Source of the DNA: Glaucostegus cemiculus
Lineage: Eukaryota
Assembly: GCA_976551045.1 (NCBI GenBank)
Contig: CDPCPM010000011.1
Location: forward strand, 2,170,001-2,234,000
Direction: 5' to 3'
Length of the DNA stretch: 64,000 nt
This document shows positions 38,971-52,557 of the stretch, piece after piece (position 1 is the stretch's first letter; every line of letters begins with the position of its first letter). Under the pieces are notes generated by a model, which was given only the letters and a program-made list of their open reading frames with translations, made no database searches and had not been told where the DNA came from. Both the position numbers and the translations under genes were made by a program.

Positions 38971-40589
38971 TTGGTAATTCTAACAGCACCTTTCAAACCA
39001 CACCATGTTTCTGGAATGCCAGCAGTGATATGAACCCACAAACTTCTGACTCATCAGTAAGAGTGACAAAAGATGAGACATGCCTTCTGCTTTTGACTAT
39101 GTTTCTCACAGGCTCAACAAACACTGAGGCATCAGTCTTGCTTCTGTGGTGTTTCCTTACTTGTATCTCCCCCTCACATAGTGTATTTCAGCAGCCAAAC
39201 ATCTACGTTTTCCCTTCATGCATTGTGTTAACAATTGTCCCTCTTTCATTTCTGCTGCTAAACTGTCAAGGTCTCCAGGAGGAGAAGGTAAGCCCTGAAG
39301 ATCTACAGTCATCAGTCCTGGAGAACTGAGCTGTTCCTGTTCTGTTGCAGTGGATTCAGTTGCAGACATCAAGGACCCAGGACACCACAGAAACTGAGAG
39401 GTAAGCACGAGCCTTGTGGAGAAGAGAAATAAAAATGGAAGGAATCTCCATTTAATATCCAATAATCTCATACTGGAAATGGGAGCCTGGCTGCTGGAGG
39501 AGGGGAGTGATTAAACTGGTTGCCTCTAAACAGACAGCTCCCATGCCAATACTCTGGCACAAGCCCATGTGATAACTGAGTGATGCAGCAGAGGGTCAGG
39601 AGCACTTGAAGAAAAGCTAATGTCTTAAGAAGAAAACTGTCAAAAAATGAGGAACACTTAGTGGCTATAGGTTGAGAGTTATTTTATTGTGAAAGATGTC
39701 ATGAAAATAAAATAGCATTCTGGTCATATAGAAACACATCATCCTTAACATGTTTAATTATTATACAAATGTGAATTCTATTTGATTGTGGCTACTGAAA
39801 GAGAGGACATCATATAATTAATTCTGCTTTAATTATGCTGCTGGTTATCAGAACAGTGCACAGCAGAAGGCATATCAAAACTACGAGCACATATTAATGC
39901 TCTGAGCATAAGATTGTTACTTCCACTGTTACATTTTAAGCCATGGTGTAAATTATATTTTACACTTGATTTATTTTTGGTTGGATTGCTATCTTAAAAG
40001 GGGAGGATGTTGAACAACAAATTACAGCAACTGTGTGTACTTGAAGGGAAGTAAAATGTAGAGGCACCTTTATTAGCTCACCAGGTTAATCCAGTAATTC
40101 ACTAAGTCATCAGTGCAAGAAAGATCCATATACAGTTTAAAATAATTGCCGATTTAGCCAGGTGGCCATGAAGTGAGTCCAATGTTCTCCATGTTCTAGG
40201 GTAAGGGGAAAATCTGGCCGGGTGGTCTGCTCCTATATGGTATCTCATTGAAAGATCACACTAGGTGCCAGGAGGGAATAGACTTGGGACTGGTTACGAG
40301 GACCATCAGTGGTAAGTTGGGACTTGCCACTCAATATTACAACGCAAGTGCGATCAAGGACTTCTGAAGGGTGCCCTCTGACCATGAATCAGGAGGTGGA
40401 TGTTTCAACCAGTTTTGAGAGGCTGAGAAATTCATCTGCACCACTTTCCCAGCCTTAAAGCAGTGTTAGAAATCTTTAAAAAAAAGCTCCTTAAAAAAGT
40501 TGAATTCATCAAAAACAAAAGGTTCCTCACTTTGCCAGATGAGCTTTTTTGACTTCTGCCATGCAGTAGTGAGCATCAAAGTGTCACAT

Positions 40590-42830
40590 GTGAGTGCCTA
40601 GACTGTATTACCTGCTTGGTGCCACATTTAATGAAATATCCTTCGGACTGGAGAGGAACTCGAATGGGAGGAGAAAGGGCTGGTTGCCATGGCTCGTTAG
40701 ACTATAGGTTATTGATTGCAGCGCCACCTTCAATACTATAATTCCAAGCAAACTCATCACCAAACTCTGAGGCCAAGGATTCAACACTTCCCTTTATAAC
40801 TGGATCCTTGACTTCCTGACCAACAGACCACAATCAATAAGGATAGGCAGCAATACCTCCGCCACGATTATTCTCAACACTGGTGCCTCACAAGGCTGCA
40901 TCCTCAGCTCCTGACTCTACTCCTTATACCTTCATAACTGTGTGGCCAGAATCTACTCTAACTCCACCTACAAGTTTGCAGATGATCTCACTGTAGTGGG
41001 CCATATTTCAAATATCGATGAGTCGCCAGGCTCAAGAACAGCTCTATCCCACTGTTATAAGTCTATTGAACGGTTCCCTGGTAAGATAAGATGAACTCTT
41101 GACCTCACAATCTACCTTGTATTAACCCTGCATCTTATTGTCTACCTACAGTGCACTTTCTCTGTAGCTGTGACACTTTGTTCTGCATTCTGTATTGTTT
41201 TACCTTGTACTACCTCAATGCACTGTGTAATGGATTAATCTGCATGAATGGTATGCAAGACAAGTTTTTCACTGTACCTTGGTACTAGTGACAATAATTA
41301 ACCAAATCCATTTCCACAAATGAACCAATGACATAAGCAGGGTAAAAGAGAATGTTCTGGTGAAGTATAAGCACCTAGAGCCCAGGTTAAAGAGCAGAAC
41401 AATAAGGATAATTATCACTGAATTACAATCTGAGCCACATGCAAATTGGTATAGCAGAAATAAAACCAGACAATTGAATGTGTGCCTGAAAGATTTATGT
41501 GGGAGAAATGGGTTTTAATTCATAGAGCACAGGAACCAGTACTGGTGCAAGAGAAAGCTATCACAGGGATATACTTCATTGTATTAGGCTGACACCCGTG
41601 TCCTCGAAAATCAAATAAACTAGCTGTGCAGTGAAGCCTTCAAATGAAAAATTGGTGGAATTGGGAGTGGTGGTGGTGATGGTGAGGGGAGATTTATAAA
41701 GGGCAAACCAATGGCTCAGGCTTGCAAAGGTAACCATACCTATCAGGAGGGGACAATGCGTACAAACAGAACTCCCATTTCAATCAAAGCGGGGAAAAAT
41801 GATGGAGGCCCTTTATCTGAATGCATGCACCACTCAAGATAAGATGGGTAAATTAATGACACAAGTATCAGTAGATAGGTACCATCAAAAAGACATGACA
41901 GAGGCATGTTTGCAAAGTAACCAAAGTTGAGAATTAAAAATTCTAGGCATCTTAACTTTTGGAAAAGGTTGGCAAAATGGAACAGGAGGCAGAGTAGACC
42001 TAATATTAATGAATGGGTTAATGTTAGTCAAAGAAAAAATAATTAGCTGGGAAAAGTCAAGAAGTAGAATATGTTTGGGTTGAGCTGAGAAAGAGCAAGG
42101 GGAAATATCATCAGGGTGTGTTGTAGATAAACACTCAAACAGTATCGGTAATGGAAGTCAGTGTATAAATCAGAAAGTTAGAGGCACAATACAATAATGA
42201 TGGGTGTCTTGAGTAGTATCAGGAAGACAACTTCATGGAATATACAAAAATTGGTTCTCCAAATCAATGCGTTGAGAAACCAAAGAGGGATCAGCCATTT
42301 TGGATCCAGTTTTGTGCAATGTGAAAAGATTAAAGCCTTTAGAGAAACAGTGAGCATAAAATGACAGAATGTGTACAAATTGAAAGTGATTTAATTCAAT
42401 GTGAAATCAGGCTATTGAATCTGTTCAAAGTAAACTATGAAGGCATAATTTGTATGCTAGCTACGGTAGACTCGAATGCTACATTAAGTGATATCACAGT
42501 AAATTACCAGAGGATAACTTTACAAGTAACATATATCCCTCCAAGGTTAATGAAAAGGGGAAACGTGGTTCAGCTTTGGCTACCAAGAGACATTTAAGAT
42601 AGAATTAGTTCAAAGTATATGGCTTATAATTTTGCCAAAAAACAATTGGCCTGAAGACTGCAGAAGAAAAAAGGCAATTAGTTGCTTCTATGGATAGGCA
42701 AAAAGGAAAAGATTAGGCAAAGTTGCTGTGGGGGCCTTACGGAGTGAGACAGGAGACATTATATTAGGGAATAAAAAAATGGCAGAGAAATTAAACAAAT
42801 ATTTTACATCTGTCTCTACAATCACTTAGA
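40590..42830 (+). mobile_element. Old CR1 5' region (ORF1 esterase-like and ORF2 endonuclease), split by a Rex1/Babar insertion
   Basis: Endonuclease-like LYLNA(C)..QDK at about 41812, ggaacaggaggcagagtag, and aaaatggcagagaaattaaacaaatattttacatctgtct (MAEKLNKYFTSV). Confidence 0.55.
40708..41310 (+). mobile_element. Rex1/Babar-type LINE, internally deleted
   Basis: Translates to [51 protein letters not shown] and YKFADD, then jumps to RLKNS and the 3' UTR ending tttcactgtaccttggtactagtgacaataa. Confidence 0.8.
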
Positions 42831-43316
42831 AACATACAGAAAATTGGTAATTGTGATTTTCACGTCTAACAATATTTTCTTTTTATTGCACAGATGAATT
42901 TCTAAGTCAATATATTTAAGATCAAAGAGCACATTATCTTCACTCCATCTTACCTTTGGTACATTCCCAGCACCTCACGTATCAAGCAGACCAGGGCAAT
43001 TGAACAGAGAAGAGTTTTATCCCTTTAAAACAAAGGTTTCTACTTGCATTATGTGACTTTTGAGCAGAATAAACAGGAATTAACCTTTAACGTTTACAAT
43101 GGTGCATCCTCAGTGGAAAAATGGGTATCTTGTGTATGCTGCTGTAGTGTAAGCATTAGGAAACTTGCAGGCTGATAGAAATTACATGGTGAATTTTATG
43201 TCACATGAAGAATCAAGCAAGGAGCTTCCGGATCAGCAGCATGGTGCAGCCTCTAAACCACAGCAGACGATATTTCCTGAGCAATCACACAATGGACAAA
43301 CCTTTTTTTTAAAATA

Positions 43317-43322
43317 TTTATT
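43317..43322 (-). terminator. Polyadenylation signal AATAAA (probable distal site)
   Basis: Minus strand reads cttctgAATAAAtattttaaaaaaaaggtttgtccattgtgtgattg: hexamer followed by a GU-rich downstream element, with TGTA motifs upstream. Further AATAAA at 43630-43635 and 43719-43724. Confidence 0.55.
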
Positions 43323-46300
43323 CAGAAGCCAAGTTATCTATAAAAATCTTAATACTAAAATGCTTTTACATAGAGATTGTGTCCATAAAACTTATTTTTT
43401 TAGTGTTTACACAAAAACTGAGACCATAGTCATACTTTACACATTTACAATAGGGTTTTTACTACATTTAAACACTTTTTTTTAGAATAACAGTTCCTTC
43501 CATTTCAACAAAAAAACTGAAAACAAAATAAAAAACAAAAATCAACAAGCTTAAAAAAAAAGCTCTCCTGGGTTTTCAGTTTCAAAATATTTTAATATCT
43601 AGTAAATAACTCTGTAATATTGTAGTTTTTTTATTGTATAATTTTTTTAAAACTTCTCCTTGTAGGATTAAAACGCTATTGAGCAAGTCTCAGACGGGCC
43701 TGCGCCATTTCTTGCCCATTTATTTTCCCATGATGCATCACAATTCCAGTCCCCAGAAGCTCTCACTTTACAAGCAAATAAAAACCCAGCCAGCAGTGAG
43801 GAAGTATTGCACTCGTGTCACTGGACTGAACAAATAGGTAACAGAACGCCTAGCAGATTGGTCCAATGGTGACATCACATCAAGTACCAGATGGAACACA
43901 GCCAGACCTCCGATGGGGTTGGATGGGGTGGGGAGGAGAGGTGGGGGATTTGGGGTTTGGTGTACCCATCATCTCTCTACTGTGCATTCTATTTTTAAAA
44001 CTTCAAATGCAAGGCCACCCTAACTCAATCCCTCTGGCAAAAGGCTGGGTCCCCAAAGTTAGCACTGCCTTTTAAAAAAAAAATTCTCCCTCTGATTTAA
44101 AGTACAGAATGTCACAGGAAATTCTGTGATGCACAAGGGATCCTTGCATCAAGTAACAGAGCCAGTACAGATCAGCTCAGATAATAAATGGACGCTAAAA
44201 TCCACCTCATTTTTTTAATATTACAACATATTTGTTCAAAAGTTGCAACTTGAAAGATTATGCAACTAACACATTTTACTCCAGTCACCTGTGATGAATC
44301 TACTGAACCACATCTTATAAATGCACAAATATCTGACTTGCAAGCCAGAAATTCCTAACAAAGCTACTTCTTGAGTTGACCTTCGACCTTTCTAGACAAA
44401 AGGTCAATAATAATTTTGCCCAGGAATAATATACAGTTTAAGTTAAGAAAAAAAAGAAGAGAAACCTGTTATTTGTTCTCATGTGAAAGGTCTTCATTCA
44501 TTATATCTGAAAGAGCCCCAAGCACCATGGGAATCTGGTTCTCTTTATCTTTCAGCTGTTGCTATGGAACCAGAGTATCCCATCTTTCACTAAACCACCC
44601 GGTTGATTGATGAGCTTGACCTATTGAAAATACAGGATATGTGATTGTGATGTCACACTGCACCAGTCTATATGCAAAATGGTCAGTAAGTGAAAGTTCA
44701 GATGCCAAAGGTTAGTCTCACACAAAAAACACAAGCTGCAATTTATCTTAAATACATTTTTGATATATAAACAGGCAAACTCAAATAATCCTTCTGGAGG
44801 GCAGCCATGTTACATGAAACAAAAAGAAACCCAGGTGATTTTTTGTAACATGGGATTGTTAAAAACCATGGTACCCCTGTGAGCCTCTGCAGGATGCTCA
44901 CACAAAAGCACTAAGAGAATATAAAAGAAATCCCCAAGAACTGAGTTGCAACAGTGATATAAAAAACTTTTACAACATATTAGTGTTTCAAAGCAACAAT
45001 AATGAAATACTACATTGATAACCTGCAAGAACAAACAATGGACTCAAACTTTAAAACACCTCTTGTAAACTGTGGTTGTGTTCATTTTGATGGAGACAGT
45101 GTCCCTTTTATGATAACTGTGTGGAGTTAAAAAAAAACTACTGGTAGAACAGAGTGCTAGTTGACAAAGTCATAACAAAACCTTTACTTTCATTCATTCT
45201 AGGAAATCATAAAGCACATTTGGAGAATGACAAGTAGATAAACCACATGGCAGCATCACAATGGTAAACAGCACATAAGCAAAGCATTCTCCCAACTTCA
45301 CACCCCTCACTAGGATGACATTGCCTCTTCTATTTAAATGCCACAATGGTGTCATCGTTACAGTCCGAATAAATACCACTGCTAAAACCTTTGCAAAGTT
45401 AATTCATTGCTAACAAATCGTTGATGTCCTATCTAGAAAACCATTGTGATACACTGCAAAATACACACAGACTGTAGTGTGACAATTTCCTGTCCTGGAG
45501 AGAGACAACCCGTCCTTGTACAATGCAGCCAGAGGATTTGCAGCAATCACATACTAACAATGTGACACCCTGCACAGCTAATCTTTCTAGTTTAACAATC
45601 TCACTGTTATTTTCTGTTTTACAATAGATTTTGATTTCAGTTCAATTAACCAAGTTATTTTATCACCAGTTCATCCCAAACTGACATTATGGGCACAGAT
45701 TTGCCTACTTGCAGCCAATTAAAGATCAATCCAAGGGCTCGCTTGTGTGGTTCACAAGATAAATTGGCAGCCCCTCCCAATTTCACCACGTAAACTCATG
45801 GTCTAACAAACACTCAGCCTGGATTTTACTTCCGCTTCCTGAATGCAGTTCCAGTGAGAAGTGGTAAAAGATTAAACCTACATAAACACAAAGAATTGTT
45901 CAACAATAAAATAGAAGAAGTTATATAGTTTAAAAGGGTACTTAAAGAGAACCCACTTCCTCACACTGATTGTCCTTGACTTAGAGCTGTTTATTCCATG
46001 CTTGATAGCGATACTGAAGTGCTTATTTCTAATTTTTTATGTAAAAAAAATTCATCTTTCTGTTCTGACTCTTCCAGTTTCTGTGGTGTTAAGTTCCAGC
46101 CAAAGGAATACAGTGGGTTTGTTTTCAGTCATTCAGAAGCAGATTTTGTCCATGGGTCAGAAAAGACACAAAAATTACTTGATATGGTAATCATACCACC
46201 AAGGTATTGTAATAAATTGTATCAAAACACTTAAGACAGAATAGAAAGAACAACTACTAAAAGTGGCGAGAGGGGACTAGTTCTGTCGTTCATGGGAACA

Positions 46301-46552
46301 AACATTTGTAAGTACATCAAACATTTGAATTTAATAATTTAGGGCAGCCAGCTCGTATGCACTGGTGTTCATAGGTCAGGCCTTCAGAACTCGGCAACAG
46401 CCTGTAATTCACAGGCAGCCATGTGATTGTGGCCTCATATTTGTGGGCTGATGTGTTAATCTATGGAGTGGAAACACAAAGATTCTCTGCCATTCCTCGC
46501 CTCAAGCAACCTTACTTGGGGAAGGAGAAGGAAAATACAAAGAAATTTGCAG

Positions 46553-46646
46553 TTTTATTCTTTTTTATTTACAGCGTGGTAACAGGCCCTTTCGGCCCTC
46601 CAAGTCCACGGCGCCCATTTTATACCCCCAAATTAACCTACCCATA
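46553..46646 (-). mobile_element. V-SINE 3' fragment (CR1-type tail) in the putative 3' UTR
   Basis: Reverse complement of about 51745-51850 (ctcccacattct..aagacgtatgggtaggttaatttggggg...gggccgaaagggcctgttaccacgctgtaaa). Confidence 0.85.
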
Positions 46647-48204
46647 CGTCTTTCAGAATGTGGGAGTTTTACCTTTGAGGGTGACTCAGTCCAGATCACA
46701 CCCATTGCTCTCTTGTAGGTGCTTTAAGAGGAACGTGCACAGATCAGAAGTTAGTTGAAAGAACCAGGAGGCAGGAGCAGATAGAGTTATTGGTATGGAA
46801 GATCTCATTTCTATCAAACAACCCTTAATTTATGAGCATCGCAGGTGTAAGTTCAAGAACCTTTATTCAAATGCATCTTTGCTGCTGTAATGAATCTGCC
46901 TGCATTAGGAGCTATGTTTATTGGACTGAGGTGATGATTGAATTAATTCTGGAATGTTGGATGCAGCTGGCACCCATTACATAATAATTCACCTGAGTGG
47001 AGTATTTTTTTCTCTATTTCATTAGCGTGAATAATTACTTGCATGGGCAGTGATGGTCAAATTCACTTCACTGAATGAATCATTCCCAAAAAGTTCACAA
47101 CTTCCTTCTTTTAATGTAGGTGATAATGAGATGAGGATTTACAAGATTTCTTGCTTAGTAGATCTGCTTTTTACCAATTATGAAAGTTCCTCAGCTTGGA
47201 TTTGACAAACTTTTCTCTTTGAAAGCAATTTTTCAGTCAGCACTATTTTCAGTCAGTGAATAACAACAACCGATTGTTACTCCACATTACCATAATCAAC
47301 GGAAGCCACAAATCACAGCCATCTTAAGCATCAAGATATATTCAGTGTTGTGTATTTTAGTTATTGAGTTATTCTATCAAAGGACTGGGGTGTTAACGTA
47401 AAAGTTGGTCTGGTACAGATTGAAAGACAAAGTGTTAAAACGGCACAATGGTTTGGTAATATTTCAAGAAGGAAAGCTAGGTTTGTATTGGGTGAGAGAT
47501 GGGAGATTTCATCAGATCTGGATCTTTGAATACAACAGTTTATAAAATCAATGACATAGCACATGTTTTTCAGACATCCTAATAAAGGTATAAAATCAAT
47601 TCCTAAGTACGAACAGATATTCAAAGCTCATATAGTGCTGGATCATGTGTTTCTGCAGACAAGATGCACTAATGCATGAATAGCACTGGGTATGCAGCCG
47701 TGGTGCCAATCATTACACAGTGCACACTTGATGTAGTTGCTGTAACATTAGACCTTGGATATATTACAGAATTAGAATGGACTCAACAAGGAAAGTAGGC
47801 CTTAAAGGAAGGGAAAAGGACTTCTTGAGAGTTCCTTAAAGACACCGCACCTGCATCATCGCTGGGGAGTCTGTTGCAAAAAACAATGATGGATTTAGTC
47901 CTGGTGCAAGTTGCAAAGGAGGTCTACACTTTTTAAGGGAGAGGTTCCTTATTCCCTATGTGTGTGTCCACCTCTGAGATACAATATCTAATACAGTGCC
48001 AGCGGCCTGTGTCCATCTCAGAGCTATCTACATCTGATCATCCCCACCAGTCCACTCCTTCCTTAGGGGTTTCAGTTGAGCTTCTGAAGCTCCAGCCATG
48101 ACCAGCCATTTCATGGGTTAATTTGGGATTCCCTTATGAGTTCTGAAATTACGCACAGCTATTCGTGCAACTGAGGAGTCCGAGCCCAGAGAGTATAGGT
48201 TTAA

Positions 48205-48450
48205 TGGGAGCAGTAAGAGGTTTAGAGGGGATCTAAGGAAGAATTCTTTCTGGAATCTGGAACGCACTGGCTGAGAAGGCAGGTACTCAAACAAAATTTA
48301 AGAAGCATCCAAACGAGTATTTGAATTGCCAAGGCAGAGAAGTCTATAGACCAAGTGCTGGTTAATTGGATTAATTAGGTAGGAACTCAATGGTCAGCAC
48401 AGATATAAAGGGCTGAAGGGCCTGGTTCTGTGCTGTATGAGTCTCTGACT
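48205..48450 (+). mobile_element. CR1 3' fragment in the putative 3' UTR
   Basis: aggtttagaggggatctaagg...atctggaacgcactg...gggctgaagggcctggttctgtgctgtatgagtct. Confidence 0.75.
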
Positions 48451-50486
48451 CCACAAACACAATGTTTGTGAATTGTGCTTGCAGAATTCCCCTCCTGGCC
48501 CTGTGTAAACTGGCCTGGTTCCCCCTTTCAGTGCTGCTATAGCAGGTATTTTCATGTAACGTACAACTTCTAGCTCATTCTCTGACTTGAAATGGAGACT
48601 TTTCACTCTCATTCAGATTGCAACTAACCTGCTGTGCAGTGACTATGTTATCTGCTCCTGTTTCTGATTTCCATGGTTTCAGGTTGCCTTTCGTCTGTGA
48701 TGCAGCTTTCCAGGCAGGGCCTCTGCTTCTGTGCTTGATGCAGCACGATTTTCTGTCCATTAAAGCAAACAGGTGGAAAGTCGTGCGTTGGCAAGCACAG
48801 GAGGCAATAAGCCCAGCTGCTGTTTTTAACAGCAGTGAACTTGCCATTGTGGAATGAAGCTGCAATTAAAAATAACAGACACGTAGCCTGAAGGAAGTTA
48901 GGGTACTTAAGCAACACCTTTTCTCTCTTGGTTATTGCATTTAAAGCTTAAAAAGATGTTGTTGTTTGTTAAGAATCTATGTCTACCTATGGAATTGATC
49001 TACATCGGTTACAGTTTACATGTGGCTCTAAAATCAATAATGTTATGCTAGATCCTGATGGGTTCTACATGCATCATTATCTTAAGGAACTTAAATTAGA
49101 TAATCATGATCTTCAACAGGGTGATGGGGACTACTGGTGCCTGTAATTCCTCCACTGTAAGCACATAGAGCCCACCATGGTATAGTCACAGATGGTAAAT
49201 CAACAGGAGACACATCGGAGACCACCAGAATGCATCCTCAATTGCAAGCACTAAATGTGGCATATAGGAGCATCTGCAGGATATACTCCACCCCCCTAAA
49301 TTCAATGGAATCTAATTTCAGAAAGCAGAGTACAATCCACAGGCACTTACCATGTGGCACATTTAATACTAATCACTGAGGTTGAATTCCTGCATCATAG
49401 GTCTAAAGAAAGAATGGGCTTGAAATTGATCTGAGTCAGTGGTATAAAAAGGGTGGTATTAAGTTGGCTGTCTGTTTTATATGGTGCCCGATATTTAGCT
49501 CCTTGCAGTCAATAGAAGCAAATATCAAGTGTTGTAGCTACCTTATCCAATTCTGCCTATAGGAGACAATTTCTTCCTGACCTTCTAAACTGGAATCTTA
49601 AATTAGGAACTAAAAAAGTCAAAGACTGCTGGTTTGTCTCCAATGATATACATTTTCAATGAGTTAATGCTGAAGCCTCCCATCGATTTTAATTTAAACA
49701 AAGAAAGCTTTATACACTGAATAAATTAATTGATCACTTCCTAATAAAACCAAAATACTTCATGAGATCAGCACAGTGAAAAGCCTTTAGCCTTCATAGA
49801 TTCATCCTTCACCAGTTACAACAAGTGTTTTATCTTCCACTCTCTACAGTAAGCAGGTTTCCACTGTTCATAAAGGAGAGAAAGTAACAGGTGAGCTGTA
49901 AAGAGATCTTCTCCAAAGTGGCTGAACCACTTTTCTTATCTTGGCATCAAAGTTAGAAGCCTTTATAACTACCCCACATAGATCAATAAAAGGGAGACTG
50001 TCTCTTTAACAACTGTGCATCAGAAAGGGAACAAACATGGCTGACCATTCCCTACATGTGTGCAGAATTCTATACAACTTTTAGCAATAGGGATTATAAT
50101 TCTTTTCACCAATCACTTTAAAAAAAAAGGAACATTTAACCCACAGAGTGAATCACTCAACAACTGTTCAGTTAGGAGGTTAGAATTAGTCTGACAGAAT
50201 GATGCCACAATCTGTCTCATATAAGAAAGCAGTCTCTTCAAAGTAAAGTCTTTTTCTCCCCCTTTCTTTTTTCTTCTTCAGAAGTTCCAGCTAATAAGCA
50301 GTCTCAGCTGAGCTGAGTAATGCAGTGCATTAAAAAAAAATTCCTGGGTTTTTACAAAACTCTCCAGGAAACAAAGTAATAACAAAAACACATTAGACCT
50401 GATTCTGCTTTGCAAAGTTGAAAGCAGACAGAGGTACTGGGAGTGTATGGCTTGTATGATGCTCATTTTCCTTCCTTCTCCAATCT

Positions 50487-50537
50487 GCACACACCTACAC
50501 ACACACTCACACATACACCCGCACACGCACACACACA
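50487..50537. repeat. Imperfect (CA)n microsatellite
   Basis: cacacacctacacacacactcacacatacacccgcacacgcacacacaca. Confidence 0.9.
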
Positions 50538-51046
50538 TTGAAATAAACTCCATGCTGTTTGACCCATGGTTGAAACCTACTCTGATCAAGGTCAAGTTTC
50601 CATGTGACCATTCCAGCTTCCTTGATTCTTTGAGGCCCAGGTCTCACATCTCCAAATTTTGCCTTCTCCATTGCTTGAGGCCTAGTTCTCTCATGTGCAA
50701 ATTCAGCCTGGTCGACCCATTGATGCCTAGAAGTTATACGTTCCAATTCCAGCCTACCTGATGCCCTAAGGGTTCCACTTTGGTAAATCCAGTATTACTG
50801 ATCCCCAGAAGGCTTAGTTCTTATGTTTCCAAGAACCATTGCTTGACCACTTAAAATCTCACTGTCAATGATTCCAGGACCACATGCTTGAGCCCCAAGG
50901 TGTTGTTAACAAGTATCCAGCTCCAGTCCATCTTGCATCATTTGAAAAATTCATAAGGTTAATTAGATTTTTTTAAACAGAAAGGTTTCTCAATCCCTGT
51001 TATTGTGGTGAAGATCCAGGCTTTATATTAATTCATACATTAAGTT

Positions 51047-51274
<228 letters not shown>

Positions 51275-51282
51275 TTATTAGA

Positions 51283-51460
51283 NNNNNNNNNNNNNNNNNN
51301 NNNNNNNNNNNNNNNNNNNNNNNNNNNNNNNNNNNNNNNNNNNNNNNNNNNNNNNNNNNNNNNNNNNNNNNNNNNNNNNNNNNNNNNNNNNNNNNNNNNN
51401 NNNNNNNNNNNNNNNNNNNNNNNNNNNNNNNNNNNNNNNNNNNNNNNNNNNNNNNNNNNN
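51283..51460. other. Assembly gap (178 N) in the last intron
   Basis: Run of N, flanked by a CA-rich microsatellite. Confidence 1.
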
Positions 51461-51608
51461 CACAACCTATTTTTCCACAGGCACACACACATACCCACAC
51501 ACACAAATACACAATTATAAAATAATTATTTTACATTTGGTATATTCGGGAGATGCCACATCTTGAAGATTTAGCACACGGTCACACATACACAAATAGT
51601 GTAATCAT

Positions 51609-51880
51609 GGGCGGCACGATAGCATAGCGGTTAGCGCGACGCTGTTACAGTGCCAGAGATCGGGGTTCGATTCCCGTCGCTGTCTGTAAGGAGTTTGTAC
51701 GTTCTCCCGTGTCTGCGTGGGTTTCCTCCGGGTGCTCCGGTTTCCTCCCACATTCTAAAAAGACGTATGGGTAGGTTAATTTGGGGGTTGAAAATGGGCG
51801 GCGCAGACTCGTTGGGCCGAAAGGGCCTGTTACCACGCTGTAAAATAAATTAAATTAAATTTAAAAATATAAAATAAAAA
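51609..51880 (+). mobile_element. Full-length young tRNA-derived V-SINE (HE1-like, CR1-type tail)
   Basis: A box TAGCATAGCGG at 51620-51630, B box GGTTCGATTCC at 51664-51674, V-core, many intact CpGs, (taaat)n tail. Confidence 0.9.
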
Positions 51881-52098
51881 AGTTAAGCTTGGGAGATGAA
51901 GGGTTAACATTTAGGCAGTAGTCCAGGATCATTGCAACAAAGGCATATTCTCATGCAGTTGTGGTTCTGAACTTAACTGAAGCATTACAGTATTGTATTC
52001 AGGTGCAAGCGTATCATCACTTATATCTGACTGTTTGTGCACTACCGGAAATAATGAATTCAGTTCTTCAACAAGCTGTTTTGTAAAGAGAAGAATTA

Positions 52099-52557
<459 letters not shown>

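Larger units (their letters stand above)
43295..51046 (-). other. Putative long 3' UTR (about 7.7 kb) of the BAHCC1-family gene
   Basis: Repeat-poor and U-rich on the minus strand. Ends at an AATAAA with a downstream GU-rich tract, just before the TE-dense region resumes. The end point is inferred. Confidence 0.5.

Noticed and set aside
1-43000. Many 60-135 aa ORFs in the six-frame track
   Set aside because: They are chance ORFs or TE fragments. I found no recognisable host protein and no consistent exon chain.
51609-51680. tRNA gene
   Set aside because: The A and B boxes belong to a SINE head that continues into the SINE core and tail. No full cloverleaf is evident.
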